Source: Chlorokybus atmophyticus (Eukaryota; Plantae; Mesostigma and Chlorokybus algae). Taken from it: a stretch of 64,000 nt of DNA. Numbering within the stretch: position 1 is the first letter of the stretch; each line of letters opens with the position of its first letter. The translations under genes and the position numbers were made by a program. Positions 41,629-55,393 of this stretch are shown one piece after another. Below the pieces are notes generated by a model. It ran no database searches. It was not told the origin of the DNA and saw nothing but the letters and a program-made list of their open reading frames with translations. The stretch lies in NCBI GenBank assembly GCA_009103225.1, contig RHPI01000797.1, forward strand, positions 1,126,457-1,190,456, read 5' to 3'.

Positions 41629-42862
41629 ATGGAAAGGAGGGGCGCACGCCCGCTGCAGGCGTCACCGCTGCTGGTGCGAAGACTAGCAGCAGAGGGTGAG
41701 TGCGTGGGGTGGGTGGGTAGTGTCTGAATCAGCAGCAGTGCTAGCACTGAGTATGCAATCAACCCCACGCACTAACCCAAGCAACAACCAGCTAGCATTG
41801 TGCACAGTAGCCAACTTAGCTGAACCAAGGCACACATCCACGTCTGCACGCAATCAAGACGGTGTAAGCATTTGCAGCAAGCAAACCGCACTCCATGCCT
41901 CTACACGTTTCCTTACTGCCAACCCCTGCGATGCCACATACATTGTAATCAATAATTTGGTTGGGTAGTAATTGTCGCAAGCTATACTTGCATGTAAGCT
42001 AAGGAAAGAGGAAATGCAACAGAGGTTGAAAGTCAGCGTGCGTGCCAAGTGCTGTCAGTTGTGCTCTCTAGCGTAGGTGGGTGGGTGGGTGCATTATGTT
42101 GTTGCTTGATAAACGCATTCATGCATGCATTCTAAGGCCCATGCTTGCAAAGGAGAGATTAGCATTCACAGTCAGCACGTATTGTTGCTATCACCGATTG
42201 TGTTGTCAATTTCAAGGTGTTCGTGTTGATGGTCGCGCAGGCACTCCAGCTTTCAGCAGCCGGGTTATAGAGCTCAAGTTCGACGAGGAGTATGACAAGG
42301 CCATCAAGTCCATCTACGGTAACAGCGTGTACTGGCACTTGACTGAGACAATCAGTCCCATGCGCCATGTTGATGCGTGTGTGCATGCGTGCATGAGAAA
42401 CACTTGCTTTGGCGGGGTGAGTCGCAGATGAAGGCAAGCTTGCGGTCGTCGACTTTACGGCCAAGTGCGATCCATGTAAGTGCTACCAATTACGTGGCTC
42501 TGATGTGTTCACCGCGCGCGCACGTATCAACGCTGACTTCCCAACGCAGGCCAGAGGATTGCACCGCTGTACAATAAGCTGAGCGAAGACTTCCCCGACA
42601 TGTCCTTCTTCAAAGTGGACGTTGATGCGATATGAGACACACACGCACACCGCAAGCAAGGTTACTCTATGCAGCAAACACTCACTGTGCTCTTTGCGGA
42701 CGACATTTGCAGGAGCCGTTGAAGAACGCGGTGATGAGATTGGACATCGAGGCGGTGCCCACGTTCAAGTTTCATAAGGCTGGCAAACAATTTTTGCTGC
42801 AGGGTGCAAACCCGCATAACCTCCGGAGCGGCATCTTGCAAAAAGGGGCAATAGTGATTTAG
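41629..42862 (+). CDS. TRXO: Thioredoxin o-type (mitochondrial)-like with an atypical active site and an irregular intron-4 donor. Possibly degenerate.
   Basis: Exons 41629-41695, 42217-42318, 42428-42475, 42550-42629, 42713-42862 give ...KLAVVDFTAKCDPCQRIAPLYNKLSEDFPDMSFFKVDVD(A)EPLKNAVMRLDIEAVPTFKFHKAG.... Thioredoxin fold pattern with an Arg-rich presequence-like N-terminus. An upstream in-frame ATG at 41530 is also possible. Confidence 0.75.
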
Positions 42863-43406
42863 TCAGTTGGTGCGTAATGTCTCTTAGTGTTGGAGTTCTT
42901 CTAGGAGAGATATCAGGGTTGGCCATATCGTTGCCCTTTGTACGATAAGGTGTTGCTTAAGTTGCTGCTGTGGAGGGGGGCGATGTGTTGCGTCTACAGC
43001 TTGCAAGTGTGCATAGCAAGGAAGTCGGGGGCATTGATCTCTCGACATTATAGTTGCTCTAGCAGTGTTGCAATGACGGGATGCGTGTGTAAATGATAAT
43101 TAAGATGTGTGGTGCTTGCATATCATGTATGCAAGCATGGTAACAAGGCCACGCTTGTTACCCTGGCGCTCGTGTGCAAAGCTAAAGCTATAGACAGATT
43201 GGCGGGCATTGAGGCCAGTGTGTTGGTATGTGGGTGTTGGTGTGTAGGCTCTCTATGGGATTTAAGTTGGCTATGGCTATAATTGTGTCAAGTTGGCTGT
43301 GGCTATGTTTGTGTCAAATAGTATGCTTCACCTTGGACGGGTGGGTGGGGGTGGGCTCATCTACGGGTAACCCCTCGCTAGTGTTGTTGCTGCTGTTGCT
43401 GTGCAT

Positions 43407-43717
<311 letters not shown>

Positions 43718-44267
43718 CTGCTCTTTGGAATCCTTGTTGGGTTGCACGAGAATGCGCCACTTTATACTCAAAGTGTGATGGTGCAAACACTTCTTCCATG
43801 CTATGTGTACCAGTGACTGGTCTGTGGATGAGTGCAATCAGTGTGCTTGGCTCACACATACCGCAAAGAATTATCACCATGTTCACTTGATCTACGGACA
43901 TGTCTTATGTGGTAAAAGCACTGCAAGAGAGAACAACATTGCCTCTCTTGCAACAAAATAACGCTGATTTAGGACATCAGATGTAGTAACTCAGCGTCAG
44001 TGTACTACTACTAGAAATTTGTGCATGAGAGCTGCACATGCAATGCAGATCAGCAACACTGCCATGCTCCCGCACCACTCCAAAAACGCTGCATCTCTTA
44101 CTGCCGCCGTAATGGCCCGTAATGCAGTTGCCCGAAACCGGTCTCTTGAGCTCCACGACATGGCCCATACCAGATCAGAGCGGTCCTCCGCAGCACATGC
44201 TACTTTCAGATATTAGCTTGCTACGATGCAAATATTACCAACAGCAAGTAAGGACACGAGATCAACC

Positions 44268-46995
44268 TCACACTTTGTAGTTCAACAACTTCAACTCTGC
44301 TTTGCATTGCTTATCCTCAACCAGTTGACGCAGTGCATACATGGCCTCCTTTTGACGCAGTTGGGCTAGCTTAACCAGCGCAATTAAGGCTCCGGCCTCC
44401 CGGATCAAGCGCCTGCTCTCTGCATCACTGGATGCGACACTGCCCAGGGCAAGTGCAGCACAGGCCTTGATGGCATCTGTGCCAGATTGCAGCAGCGCAA
44501 CTAGCGGGGGTAGGGCTCCGGCCTCACGGATCAAGCGCCTGCTCTCTGCATCACCAGATGCGATCTGGCCCAGTACATCTGCAGCCCAGGGCTTGCCATC
44601 GTCCGTTTCGGATTGCAACAGCGCAACCAGCGGGGGTATGGCTCCGGCCTCACGAATCAAGCGCTTGCTCTCTGTATCACTAGATCGCGCGACAATGCAG
44701 AGTGCATTTGCAGCACGAACATTGACATCATCTGTGCGGAATCGCAGCAGCGCAACCAGCAGGGGTATGGCTCCGGCTTCACGGATCAAGCGCCCGTTTT
44801 CTGCATCACTGAATGCGACATTGACCAGTGCACCTGCAGCCTGGGCCTTGCCTTTGTCCTTGCCTGATCGCAACAGCTCAACCAGCGAGGGTATGGCTCC
44901 GGCCTCACGGATCAAGCGCCTACTTTCTGCATCAGTGAATGCAACAATGCCCAGTGCATGTGCAGCCTTGGCCTTGCCGTCGTCCGTGCCGGATTGCAAC
45001 AGCGCAGCCAGCGGGGTAATGGCTCCGGCCTCACGGATCCAGCTCGTGTTCTCTGTATCACAAGCGACATTGGCTAGTGCACTTGCAGCCAGGACCTTGC
45101 CGTCGTCCGTTCCAGATCGCAACAGCGCAACAAGCGGGGGTATGGCTCCAGCCTCACGGATCAAGCGCCTGCTCTCTGTATCACTGACTGCAACAATGGC
45201 TAGTGCAAGTGCAGCCCAGTCCTTGCCATCGTCCGTGCCAGAGTGCAACAGCGCAACCAGCGAGGGTATGGCTCCGGCCTCTTGAATCAAGCGCCTGCTC
45301 TCTATGCCACTGAGTGCGACATTGGCTAGTGCATTTGCAGCCCAGGCCTTGCCGTCGTCCGTGCCGGATTGCAACAGCACAACCAGCAGGGGTATGGCTC
45401 CGGCTTCACGGACCAAGCGCCTGCTCTCATTGTCACACGCGACATCGGCCAGTGCACGTGCAGCCTGCGCTTTGCCGGATGGCAACAGCGCAACCAGCGG
45501 AGGTATGGCTCCAGCCTCACGGATCAACCTCCTGACCTCCTGCACATCCTCCTAACCTGCTCCGCTTGCCGCATCCTCAAGTAGGCGTCGCAATGCTCGT
45601 GCCGCACCCTCTTTGCTGCTGGGTGTGCCGCAGTGGAGTGTGTCAACCAATTGATTAACCTGGTTGCCGACGCTGCCGGCTGAAGCGGCAGCGCGTTGCT
45701 CTCCTGCACTGCTCTCAAGGCGCTGCAGTACGGATGATGCGGTCTTACTGGGGCGCTGTGCAACAATCTGTTGCAACAGGACAATTGCTTCGGGGTGCTG
45801 TAACGCACGACGCCCTTCCTCCAACTGCGCAATGCCCTCCAGAGCGGCAGCAGCCACTCGCATGGCAGAGGGCAGCCCCAACTCCAATGTCTTGAGCAGC
45901 GGCAGCACAAAAGCATTGGCGCCTTGCCGTTGCTCAATACCTTTTCCCCAGCTGAACAAGTTGTAGATGTTGCTGGCTACTGCATCCACATCCACGCCTT
46001 CCACTGATGAATCACGAGACGCACTGGCGCAAGCATCGACCGGCGGCTGTGAAGTGATGCTACGAAGCATGCCTTGCAGATGACTGACTTCACTAGCGCT
46101 ACTGCTGGTGCCTGCCATTGCCCACGCGTCAATCATCAACGCACATGTCGAGCAGCAGCCAGTTCAAGATGATACCTGGCAATGCCATGGATGCCGCTGC
46201 CGCGCGCAGTGGCTCAGACACACGTGCTAACCAAGCCAGGGCTGGGCTGTATCATGCGTATGTGATGAATTCCTCCGCTTCCAGCAGTTTCACAATCTCA
46301 AGGACCTCTGCCTCCACCGCATCCAGTATGTCATGGTTGTCGGACGTGCTTAAGACCGTTGCCTTGATGGTCATCACCATGATGCGGACAGCCTTGAAGG
46401 GGAAGCGCTGCGAGTACCCTCCATCTTTTGCAAAGTTATTGGCCGCAACGCACAACTTGGCCGGTTTTGTGATGAGCTTGTTGTAGCAGGCTGACCGCTG
46501 GCTGACATCGTTGCTGTACGAGTACTCAAGGTAGAGATCGAAATACGCTTGCAGATTATCGTGAAATCCTCGCAGCTCCTGGCCTTCAACTGCTTGCCGC
46601 ACCTCTATGAGTGCAGTGGTTTGGCGAAGGGACGCTTGCGTAATCTGTTGGCTTATGTCGTTCCTCATGTCCTCCACAGCGTTTCTGAGCTTGTTGTTGT
46701 CTTGTTCTCGCACTGTCTCCCAGTGCTTGAATGTAGTTTTGACGTTTGTGTCTATAGCGTCCAGCGCTTGGTTGACCAGCGCGTATTGCTGCGCTGCTTT
46801 CATCTCTCGTTGCGCCGCGTAGAGGCGCACGGCGAGGTCTCCAAGCCCAAGCACGATGCCAGCGGTGCTCACAGCGATGGAGAGCGTCCCACCTGTGACG
46901 ACGTTGCCAATGACGCTGCTCACCACGGCACCCGCAACGCTGGCTGCCATGCTATCTCCAGACGCAGTCTCATTGGCGGCTTTGACAGCTTTCAT
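44268..46995 (-). pseudogene. Armadillo-repeat gene (10 repeats) with a hydrophobic-hairpin/coiled-coil N-terminus, interrupted by in-frame TGA (46254-46252) and TAG (45554-45552)
   Basis: ORF 46995-46252 continues in frame past TGA. A 64-nt GT-AG intron (46175-46112) joins it to ORF 46139-45552, which is in frame with ORF 45545-44268 across a TAG. Repeats of ~42 aa have consensus SRRLIREAGAIPPLVALLxSGTDDGKxxAAxALxxVAxSDxE. Confidence 0.8.
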
Positions 46996-49332
46996 TGTCC
47001 TCCTTCAGAGGCAACAACCTCTGGCTGCCAAACTTCCTGCACGTGTTATGGATCAGAACATAGAGGTGCAAGTGCAGTGAAAGGAAGCCTATTTGACACA
47101 CGGCTCGGGCTCCGTGCATGCAAATGGTCAGCGTGGCTGCTGCTGCTATATGTTGCTGGGTGCAAAAGGCAAGGCAAACGTGATAGCGCTGTGCGGCCTG
47201 CCTGCCCCGTGACAAGACTGCACAAATACTCTGCCATGCCAGCGACAGCGACTCACCTCTGGAGCTGACCTTGCACGCCTCACCCGTCCCCTCGTCCTCT
47301 TCCTCGCCTTCCTCCCCGTCCGCCTCAGCCTCTGGCGGAGGAGGCGCCTCTGCCCCCGCCACACCTACAGCTCCCTCCCCCAGCCTCCCGTTAGTTCAGT
47401 CGGCTGACGCTCCAGCTGGCTCCTCCACTGCAACTCTGCTTGCAAGGCTGGCTGCAAAGCAATGACTGCGTCAATGCATGCCACATCGTGATGTTACTCA
47501 CAGACGTAACTCGCAGCACTCGCAGTCAAAACCTTCAGCTGCCAAGCACACGTGAGTCTTGCCAGCGCTTAGCTTGGACCGGCCTGGCCTGGCCTGGTCT
47601 TGCCTGGCTTGGTGCCAGGCCGGGCATGCACTGCGTCACTGCAAGGTTGAGTGCCAGTCAGCTGTCTTATTCTCACCGCAAGGTGGAGGAGCGCATGGAT
47701 AAAGTCGCCGGCGCCTGCGCTGAGAGTGATGGCGTCGCTGCTCCTAGCCCTGCTTATACAGCTCAAACCACCAACCCACCAACCCACCCCCCACGCACCC
47801 AGCCAGCCACCCACTCGCCGCCGCTGCCGCCGCCCGTCACACCAGCAGCGGCAGCAGCAGCGACAGTGTGGACTACGTCACTGAAGAGGAGTGCTGCGCG
47901 GGAGGCTCTCCCTGCGACAATTGCCATTTGTTATGACACTTCATTCTGCATGCCTGGGGCAAGTGTTATGCAGCGGCTTGTCGGCTAGCCGGGGCAAAAT
48001 AACGTTTTCATAGGGCGGACAAAATGTCCAAAAACCAACATAGAGCGCGAAGTTCGAGAAAAACCAAGATATTTCCAGAGGTTTGCGCCCGTCCATGCGC
48101 CGACATTCGAGTTTTTACAGCATGGCGGCCCTATGTATACCCAGTGAACTAGGCTGTTGCGGTGAAGTAAACTCGCTTGTAAGTATGCAAAATATATGCA
48201 GTAAAGTCCAAATAACGGGGGCGCATAGCCCGATCTCTCCATCCACAATGCGGTTAATTACCGCTGGTTACAAGTTGGTTACGTGTGTTAGAGTCTTGAC
48301 GGGACGTGAAACGATAACGATAAACTAAGAGGTTTCTAACTCGGACCTTAATACCTTAATACCTTTTCATGTATATATGCAGTAATAACAGTTTTTAATT
48401 ATACTCAAGCTCCCCAATCCGCATACCACATACCTGATGTGATCATATGTACGTTACGTACAACGATAACACTAGCGAATATGCAGGTGATAGCTTGCAA
48501 TACATGATCCACATCATAAATATGCAGGCATATATTGGCATAAATACCGCATATTTGTACCCGATACATATAAAAACATGACTTGATAAGCCTTATCGTA
48601 CATTTTTTTACACACACGTACACTGGTGTGCGTATGTGCCGCATTGTATGTGTTGATGTCCCATCACTTCAACTACATGTTCATTTTATATAAATATATT
48701 CAATATGTGCGGAAACTGTACAACACGGCATTATAGGAGGTATGATATATATTATGATAGCGCTTTTCAAGCCTAGACTTGCCGGTCACCATGCTGTAAC
48801 AAGTACAGCTGTGAATGTTACATAATGCGCTACAATACGTGTAAACCTTCAATTACAACACACCTTCATAGGAGAGCATCCAAAGAAGGAGCTACAGATG
48901 ACCACGCGCTCAATCACCTCCAGCTGATCAAAGGCCCTCTTTGAATTTGTTGCTCTGATATATAATTTTTTGAATTTGCTAAGCACTTTTTACCTGGCAG
49001 GTAAGAGCCTTTTGCTTAGAAGGGGGGGGGGGGGGGGGGGGGGGNCTCGGCTATACTAGGGGGTATAGCTCCATAAATACATTTGCATGCATGCAACCAT
49101 TACATGGCATGTTATGCACGTTATAATGTAAGCTTATACCTTGCTACCGACACTAGCCAAACCAAAAAAGTCGGTTGTGTTATGCCACGCAAGAGGACCT
49201 GTTATACAAGCACGCATGTGTCAGTGAGAGATGTGTGCGTATGTCCGCGCGCGTGTGCATGCGAGAGAGGGTGAGACTGACAATGTGCGAGTGCGTGCGT
49301 GCTCATGTGTGTGTGCGTGCGTGCGTGCGTGC

Positions 49333-50051
<719 letters not shown>

Positions 50052-52888
50052 TGCTATTATTGATGTTGTGGTGATGGTGATTGTGCGCGTGTGGTGTGTA
50101 TGAGTTGTGTGGAAAAGACAATGAGATGGAGACGAAGTGCTTGTGCGTGCGTCAGCGTTGTTCTTGCTGTTACATGAGCACGCGCGTGCGCGCATGAGAG
50201 TGTGTCTGGCATTGTGTGTCCGTGTATGTGCACATGCGTTGTGATGGCAACTGGTTGGTGAAAGTAATATACGAGTTCACAACTTATCGACACCAAGTTG
50301 GTCCGTCCCAGCAATGCCGCTTACACCATCGCGTGTGCAATTGAACACAACATTGCCGACGACACATGGCACAATCGCGAGATGATGTGCGAAGAACTTG
50401 TTCCAATCGCGAGCATCTGGCTCGCAAATGCGGCCAGCACCACCCCATGTCACATTGACAAAGCCAGGTTGGCAAAGTGCCAATAGCATGTCCTGATTGT
50501 TGCAATTGCATCACAGCATTAGTATCATATTGAGAAGTGCGCTCCGAATGGGAGTGTTGGCTTACCGTTGATATATAGCGCGCAAAGTTGTGTCGTGAGG
50601 CGTCGTAATCCGATTCAAACCAATACGAGTCGCACAAAAATTGTGTAATAACCGCAATGATATCCACTGTAGAGCAGCCATGCGCGTCTGTACACTCGTA
50701 CTCTCTAATAAACGCGTAACAAGTTAGACGCTGTATTCCAAGAGGCAATTACACAAGAAATTGGATGAGCAGCTCACCCAATTATGTGCTTATGCTAGGG
50801 TGAATCTGCTCCATGCAAAGACTGTGATAGCTCACAACGCGTAATGCAGAATGCATTGCGCCTGCAGCGTAGTCGCAGCGTTATAAGAGTGCAATTGCAG
50901 TTTTGGTGATGCGAAGGCATTAGCCACTTACATGTTCAATTCCCGAGCAACCAATTCGCATATCTCTGAGATGTTGCGCTTTCTGTTGCCGCCGAACAAT
51001 ATTTGCGAGTTCAACAGAGGTGCTAAAGGAAGCCCAGCACATTTTGCCCATTGCTGACAAGCGAGAGGTTGAGTGAAAAAGTACACAACTGACAAAATCC
51101 ACATGTCCTGCTGCAACTATATAAAAGACTACCGTCAATGCACAACAATCACACATACGTATGTGTAAGGTTAAAGGTAAACACACTTACTTGCATATCT
51201 GGACCGCAATCACATATCCCGGTTGCCTTCAACCATAATGGATACATTAGCAAACTATCCCATCGGTTAAGATGTACGTGTGGGTGGGCGTGCACATGCC
51301 AGTATGCCTGATTGATTGCCGTACTACAGTCCAGGACAACTAGCTTTCCACCACGCTTGTGACCCTTGAACTGCAAAACCAAACTCATGCGGCTTTGTCC
51401 GGCACCTGACAATAGTGCAAAGGTAAGAAACAATTGATACTGTGAGCAAGACTTGTAATATAGAGTGTACTTGTAAGAGTGACACAAAAATTTTAAGCCA
51501 TGTAGCGCCGTCGCTATGGCCACAGAGGGTGGGCAAGCCACTCTCTACTGAAACCAAGCCGTCTACAAGTGGCTCACACTGTGCACGCAAAACAAATGCA
51601 AGATGCAATCAACGCGTACAAGTGTATCATATCTCATGAACGGGTACAAGCCAACCGCAAGCAAATAACATATAGGTTGGTCACTATATTGCGCTATGTA
51701 ATTGAGGGAGTACTTGACACCGAACACGGTGGCGCGGCAATGTCTTGAAACCAGTCAACACACGCAGCAGTAGCCAAATAGAAAATGTCACCCCATCTCC
51801 TGCAAAGGCACATGTGCTTAGCTAAGAAATCTATAGTAGTTTAACCACCTTGTGCTCTACAGAATGGTAACACATCATGTACCTTGCGAATGTTCTAAAA
51901 TGAGACATAAATTCTTGGCGCGCTTGTGGAAACCTAACACCCTCGAACCTTCACGCTTGATGACGCCTCGGATATCGTAATGGCGGTTTTTATCGTTCAG
52001 CGATCTAACTAATTTCTCATTCGGCTGCTTGCGGGCAGTGCGATATGCACGATGCAGATACGTGTGTGTGAGGTGAACTGCGAGTGGATCTTGCGCTGCA
52101 TGGCGCATACTTCCTGAGCTTCGGGCATTTAAACAATTACACATTGTCAATAACACATCATACAAGGCAATTCTCATGCAATCTGTAGTCAGTGGGTTTG
52201 TGTGTGTGCGCATTCATATGCACAACATGCAAAGAGCACAATTGAAAGCACTAGCGCGCGAGAGTACACCGCACACGCAACAACACCTTTGTTTGAAACT
52301 TTTCGGTTGCCCCCGACGTCCAACACCACCAGATATGCATTGTTTGGAACACCTGCGCGCAAGCGTGTGAGCGTATGCGCAAGCGCGTGCGAGGGAGACA
52401 GAGAGAGAGAGGCAGAGAGAGAGAGGGAGAGAGAGAGGAAGAGGGCTCACTAGATGCCGACAAGGACTGCGCGCAAGCACCTACTACGCCACACTCTATC
52501 GAGCGCGCACTCTTGTATGACGGCAAGGGCGCATCAGCAAGGCGCGCAAGGGCACATATGGCAATTCGCATGTGAGTACAATCGCATTGAACTTGATGCT
52601 TAGATATGTGTGCGTGCTTGAGCGTTAACGTGCTTGCGAACATGTATGCATGCATTGGTATGTGTGCACGATGGTGTGCATGCATATGTGTCAGATCGCT
52701 AGCCTGTGTGCGCTCGTATGGGTGCGCATCCGTGTGCATGTGACGAAACGCCAATGCGCATGACAAACCACACATGTATACACCTATATGGTGTAGGAAG
52801 CCAGCACTATGAGAGGTTGACTGTGACTGAATTGATGTCTACCTACTGGGGCAGGCCACCAACGACCATAACAAGATTGGTGCGGCCG

Positions 52889-52971
52889 GCCATCTTCAAT
52901 TCAACCTCTGTATGCACGCCTGCTCAATACGCCATCTTCACTTCAACCTCCATATGCACGCCTGCTCAATA
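52889..52971. repeat. Two-copy 42-bp tandem repeat
   Basis: gccatcttcaMttcaacctcYRtatgcacgcctgctcaata at 52889 and 52931. Confidence 0.9.
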
Positions 52972-53099
52972 GGACACAGTTAACATACAACGAGAGAAGA
53001 ACTAACTGCATGACCGACACAGTGCGTGGTGGAGTGTTTGAAGATGAGTAAGTGTGTGTTCATGCTTGTGCGTGTGCGTGCGTGTGTAGTTGTTGTTCT

Positions 53100-53830
53100 T
53101 GTTGTGTGTGCGCGCGTGTGTGTACGTATGTGCGTAGAAAGGAGCTTGACTGGCTGAGTGCGTGTGTGCGTGTGTTGTGGTGGTGGTGGTGGTGGTGGTG
53201 TGTGTGCATGGAACAGATCAGGACTGACTGAGTGCGAGTGCGAGTGCCAGTGCCAGTGCCAGTGCGCGTGTGTGTGTGCGCGTGTGTGTGCGTGTGTACG
53301 TGTTGTGGTTGTTGTTGTTGTTGTTACTGGTGCTGGTGTTGCTTTGTGTGCGTGTGTGTGAGTGACAAACACTGTGTTTGTACATTATGGTACAGATTCC
53401 GTGTGTGTGAATGCTCCTGTGCTACTCCTTCACGACCACTTACCTGTGCACAAATGCGGGAGAAGAGAGGAGAGCCAGGAACAAGGCAGCAGTGCTGTGC
53501 TGGATCGTAGGCAGTGCCAGTGCGGTAGTGCTGGCTGGAGCAGGGTGGGCGAAGAGGGGAGGAGGTGTAGGACAATGCCTACAGAAAAAAGCACATGATT
53601 AACAACAATTGGTTGTTGTTAATCATGTGCTTTTTTCTTATTCTTGTTGTGTGTGCGCGCGTGTGTGTACATGTGTGCGTAGACAAGAGCTTGACTGGCT
53701 GTGCGTGTTGTGGTGGTGGTGGTGGTGGTGGTGGTGTGTGTGCATGAAACAGAACGGGACTGACTTAGTGCGAGTGCGAGTGCGCGTGCGTGCGTGTGTA
53801 CGTGTGTACGTTTTGTTGTTGTTGTGGTGG
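53100..53830. repeat. Duplicated microsatellite-rich unit, period ~545 bp
   Basis: gtgtgtgcgcgcgtgtgtgtac...gagcttgactggctg...(tgg)n...gggactgact.agtgcgagtgcgagtgc occurs near 53103 and 53650. Confidence 0.85.
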
Positions 53831-54324
53831 TGGTGGTTGTTATGGTTGTGGTTGTGGAAAAAAGCCATTGCCGCCCACAGCGCCGCCACGACGCCAACGC
53901 CGCTGTGGCCAGAGGTGTCACTGTCTGCACTGTGCAGTCACACAAGCCATCATCCGCAGTCAATGTGTGTGTGTCCGTGTGCGTCAACTGCACATTCCCA
54001 CAACCACACAACCAGCTCACCCCTCACCCCTGACCTCGTCGCCATCGCCCCGCCACCGCTGAGTCAGCAGATGCACGCCTAAAGAGTCTTTTATTAAGAT
54101 GAATGGCTGTCAAGTAAACACAACATCGAAAGCTTTATGGAAAGCGATTATGGACAGGAGATAGTATGATGTTATGCTTGAAAGGATTTTCTTGAAGACT
54201 CTGATCGACGGCGTCAATCTGACTGGGCATGTGCCAGCAGAAGCGGACGCAAAGCTTTGTGTGCAATCTTTGTTTACTTATTTTCAAGGGTATTCACTAT
54301 CTGAGCACCCCACGCTAAAAACAA

Positions 54325-54382
54325 TTGTCTGTGATGCGGGGCCCCCGATGCAGGGTTTTCGGGGGCCCCGCATCACAGACAA
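54325..54382. repeat. Perfect 24-bp inverted repeat with a 10-nt loop
   Basis: ttgtctgtgatgcggggcccccga (54325-54348) is the exact reverse complement of tcgggggccccgcatcacagacaa (54359-54382). Confidence 0.95.
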
Positions 54383-54441
54383 ATGTTAAGTTTTCAGCGT
54401 GGTCGGGTGCTGCGGGCCCCCGAACGTGCTTTTCGCTCACG

Positions 54442-54682
<241 letters not shown>

Positions 54683-55393
54683 NGGGCACACAGCGCTGGG
54701 TGCGCGCTGCCGTGCGGAACATTGGCGGCAAGGCAACGCCGGGGTGAGCGGCAAAAGCAAACCGACAGCTAGGCGCAGCATCGACGCCGGCCGCCAATTA
54801 ATGTCAGGGCCCGCGCCTTGTCGGGCGTCGACACGCCGTTGTCGACCTTGGTGCCAAGACGATCTTGGCAAGATCCTCCTTGCAGCTCCGGGACCAGTCG
54901 CGACTTGCAGGTACCGTATCTAGCGCATACCGTACTAAGGTACGGTTTAGCATGGCAGGCCGCCAGTGTCAATGCTGTCATTGGCCGCCACGAATGTCTC
55001 TGATAACATTTTGCGGTGGACACCGCCGGTGAAAAGTACCGCCGGTTGATAATGTCACATGACATGATTGGGGCTTGCCGAAGCATGAGATCGCGGATGT
55101 AACGCCGCCGCCGTTTCGCCGTCGCATGACAGATATGCCCGCTGCCTCTGCAGACGGCCGCCCGGCGCGGCTGGCAAAAAGCATCTTCATGCATGCGGCT
55201 CAGCGGCCGCGCGAACCTGTTTGTATAGCGGGGAACCATCTCAGCAGCAGCAGCAGCAGGTAGTCTCTGCGTGTCGTTGTAGGCGTTGCACTTGTGTCTG
55301 GCGTCGCTGCCCGTCTTCACAATTCAGTGCCTGGGCTGGTTGTGAGGGCAGCGTGGCGGGAGCAGAGCGAGTGCCCAGCAGGGCTTCCCCGGC

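Noticed and set aside
44467-45285. 272-aa plus-strand repetitive ORF
   Set aside because: Antisense shadow of the ARM repeats.
45552-45554. TAR-to-Gln stop-codon reassignment, as in some ulvophyte algae
   Set aside because: GlyRS and GWD end at TAA at their conserved C-termini, the SAP and Trx genes end at TAG, and no in-frame TAA/TAG occurs in the conserved exons of the housekeeping genes.
50277-52213. Cys-rich and basic ORFs (50284-50748, 51875-52213) as TE or gene fragments
   Set aside because: No recognisable transposase, RT or other domain motif, and no supporting splice structure.
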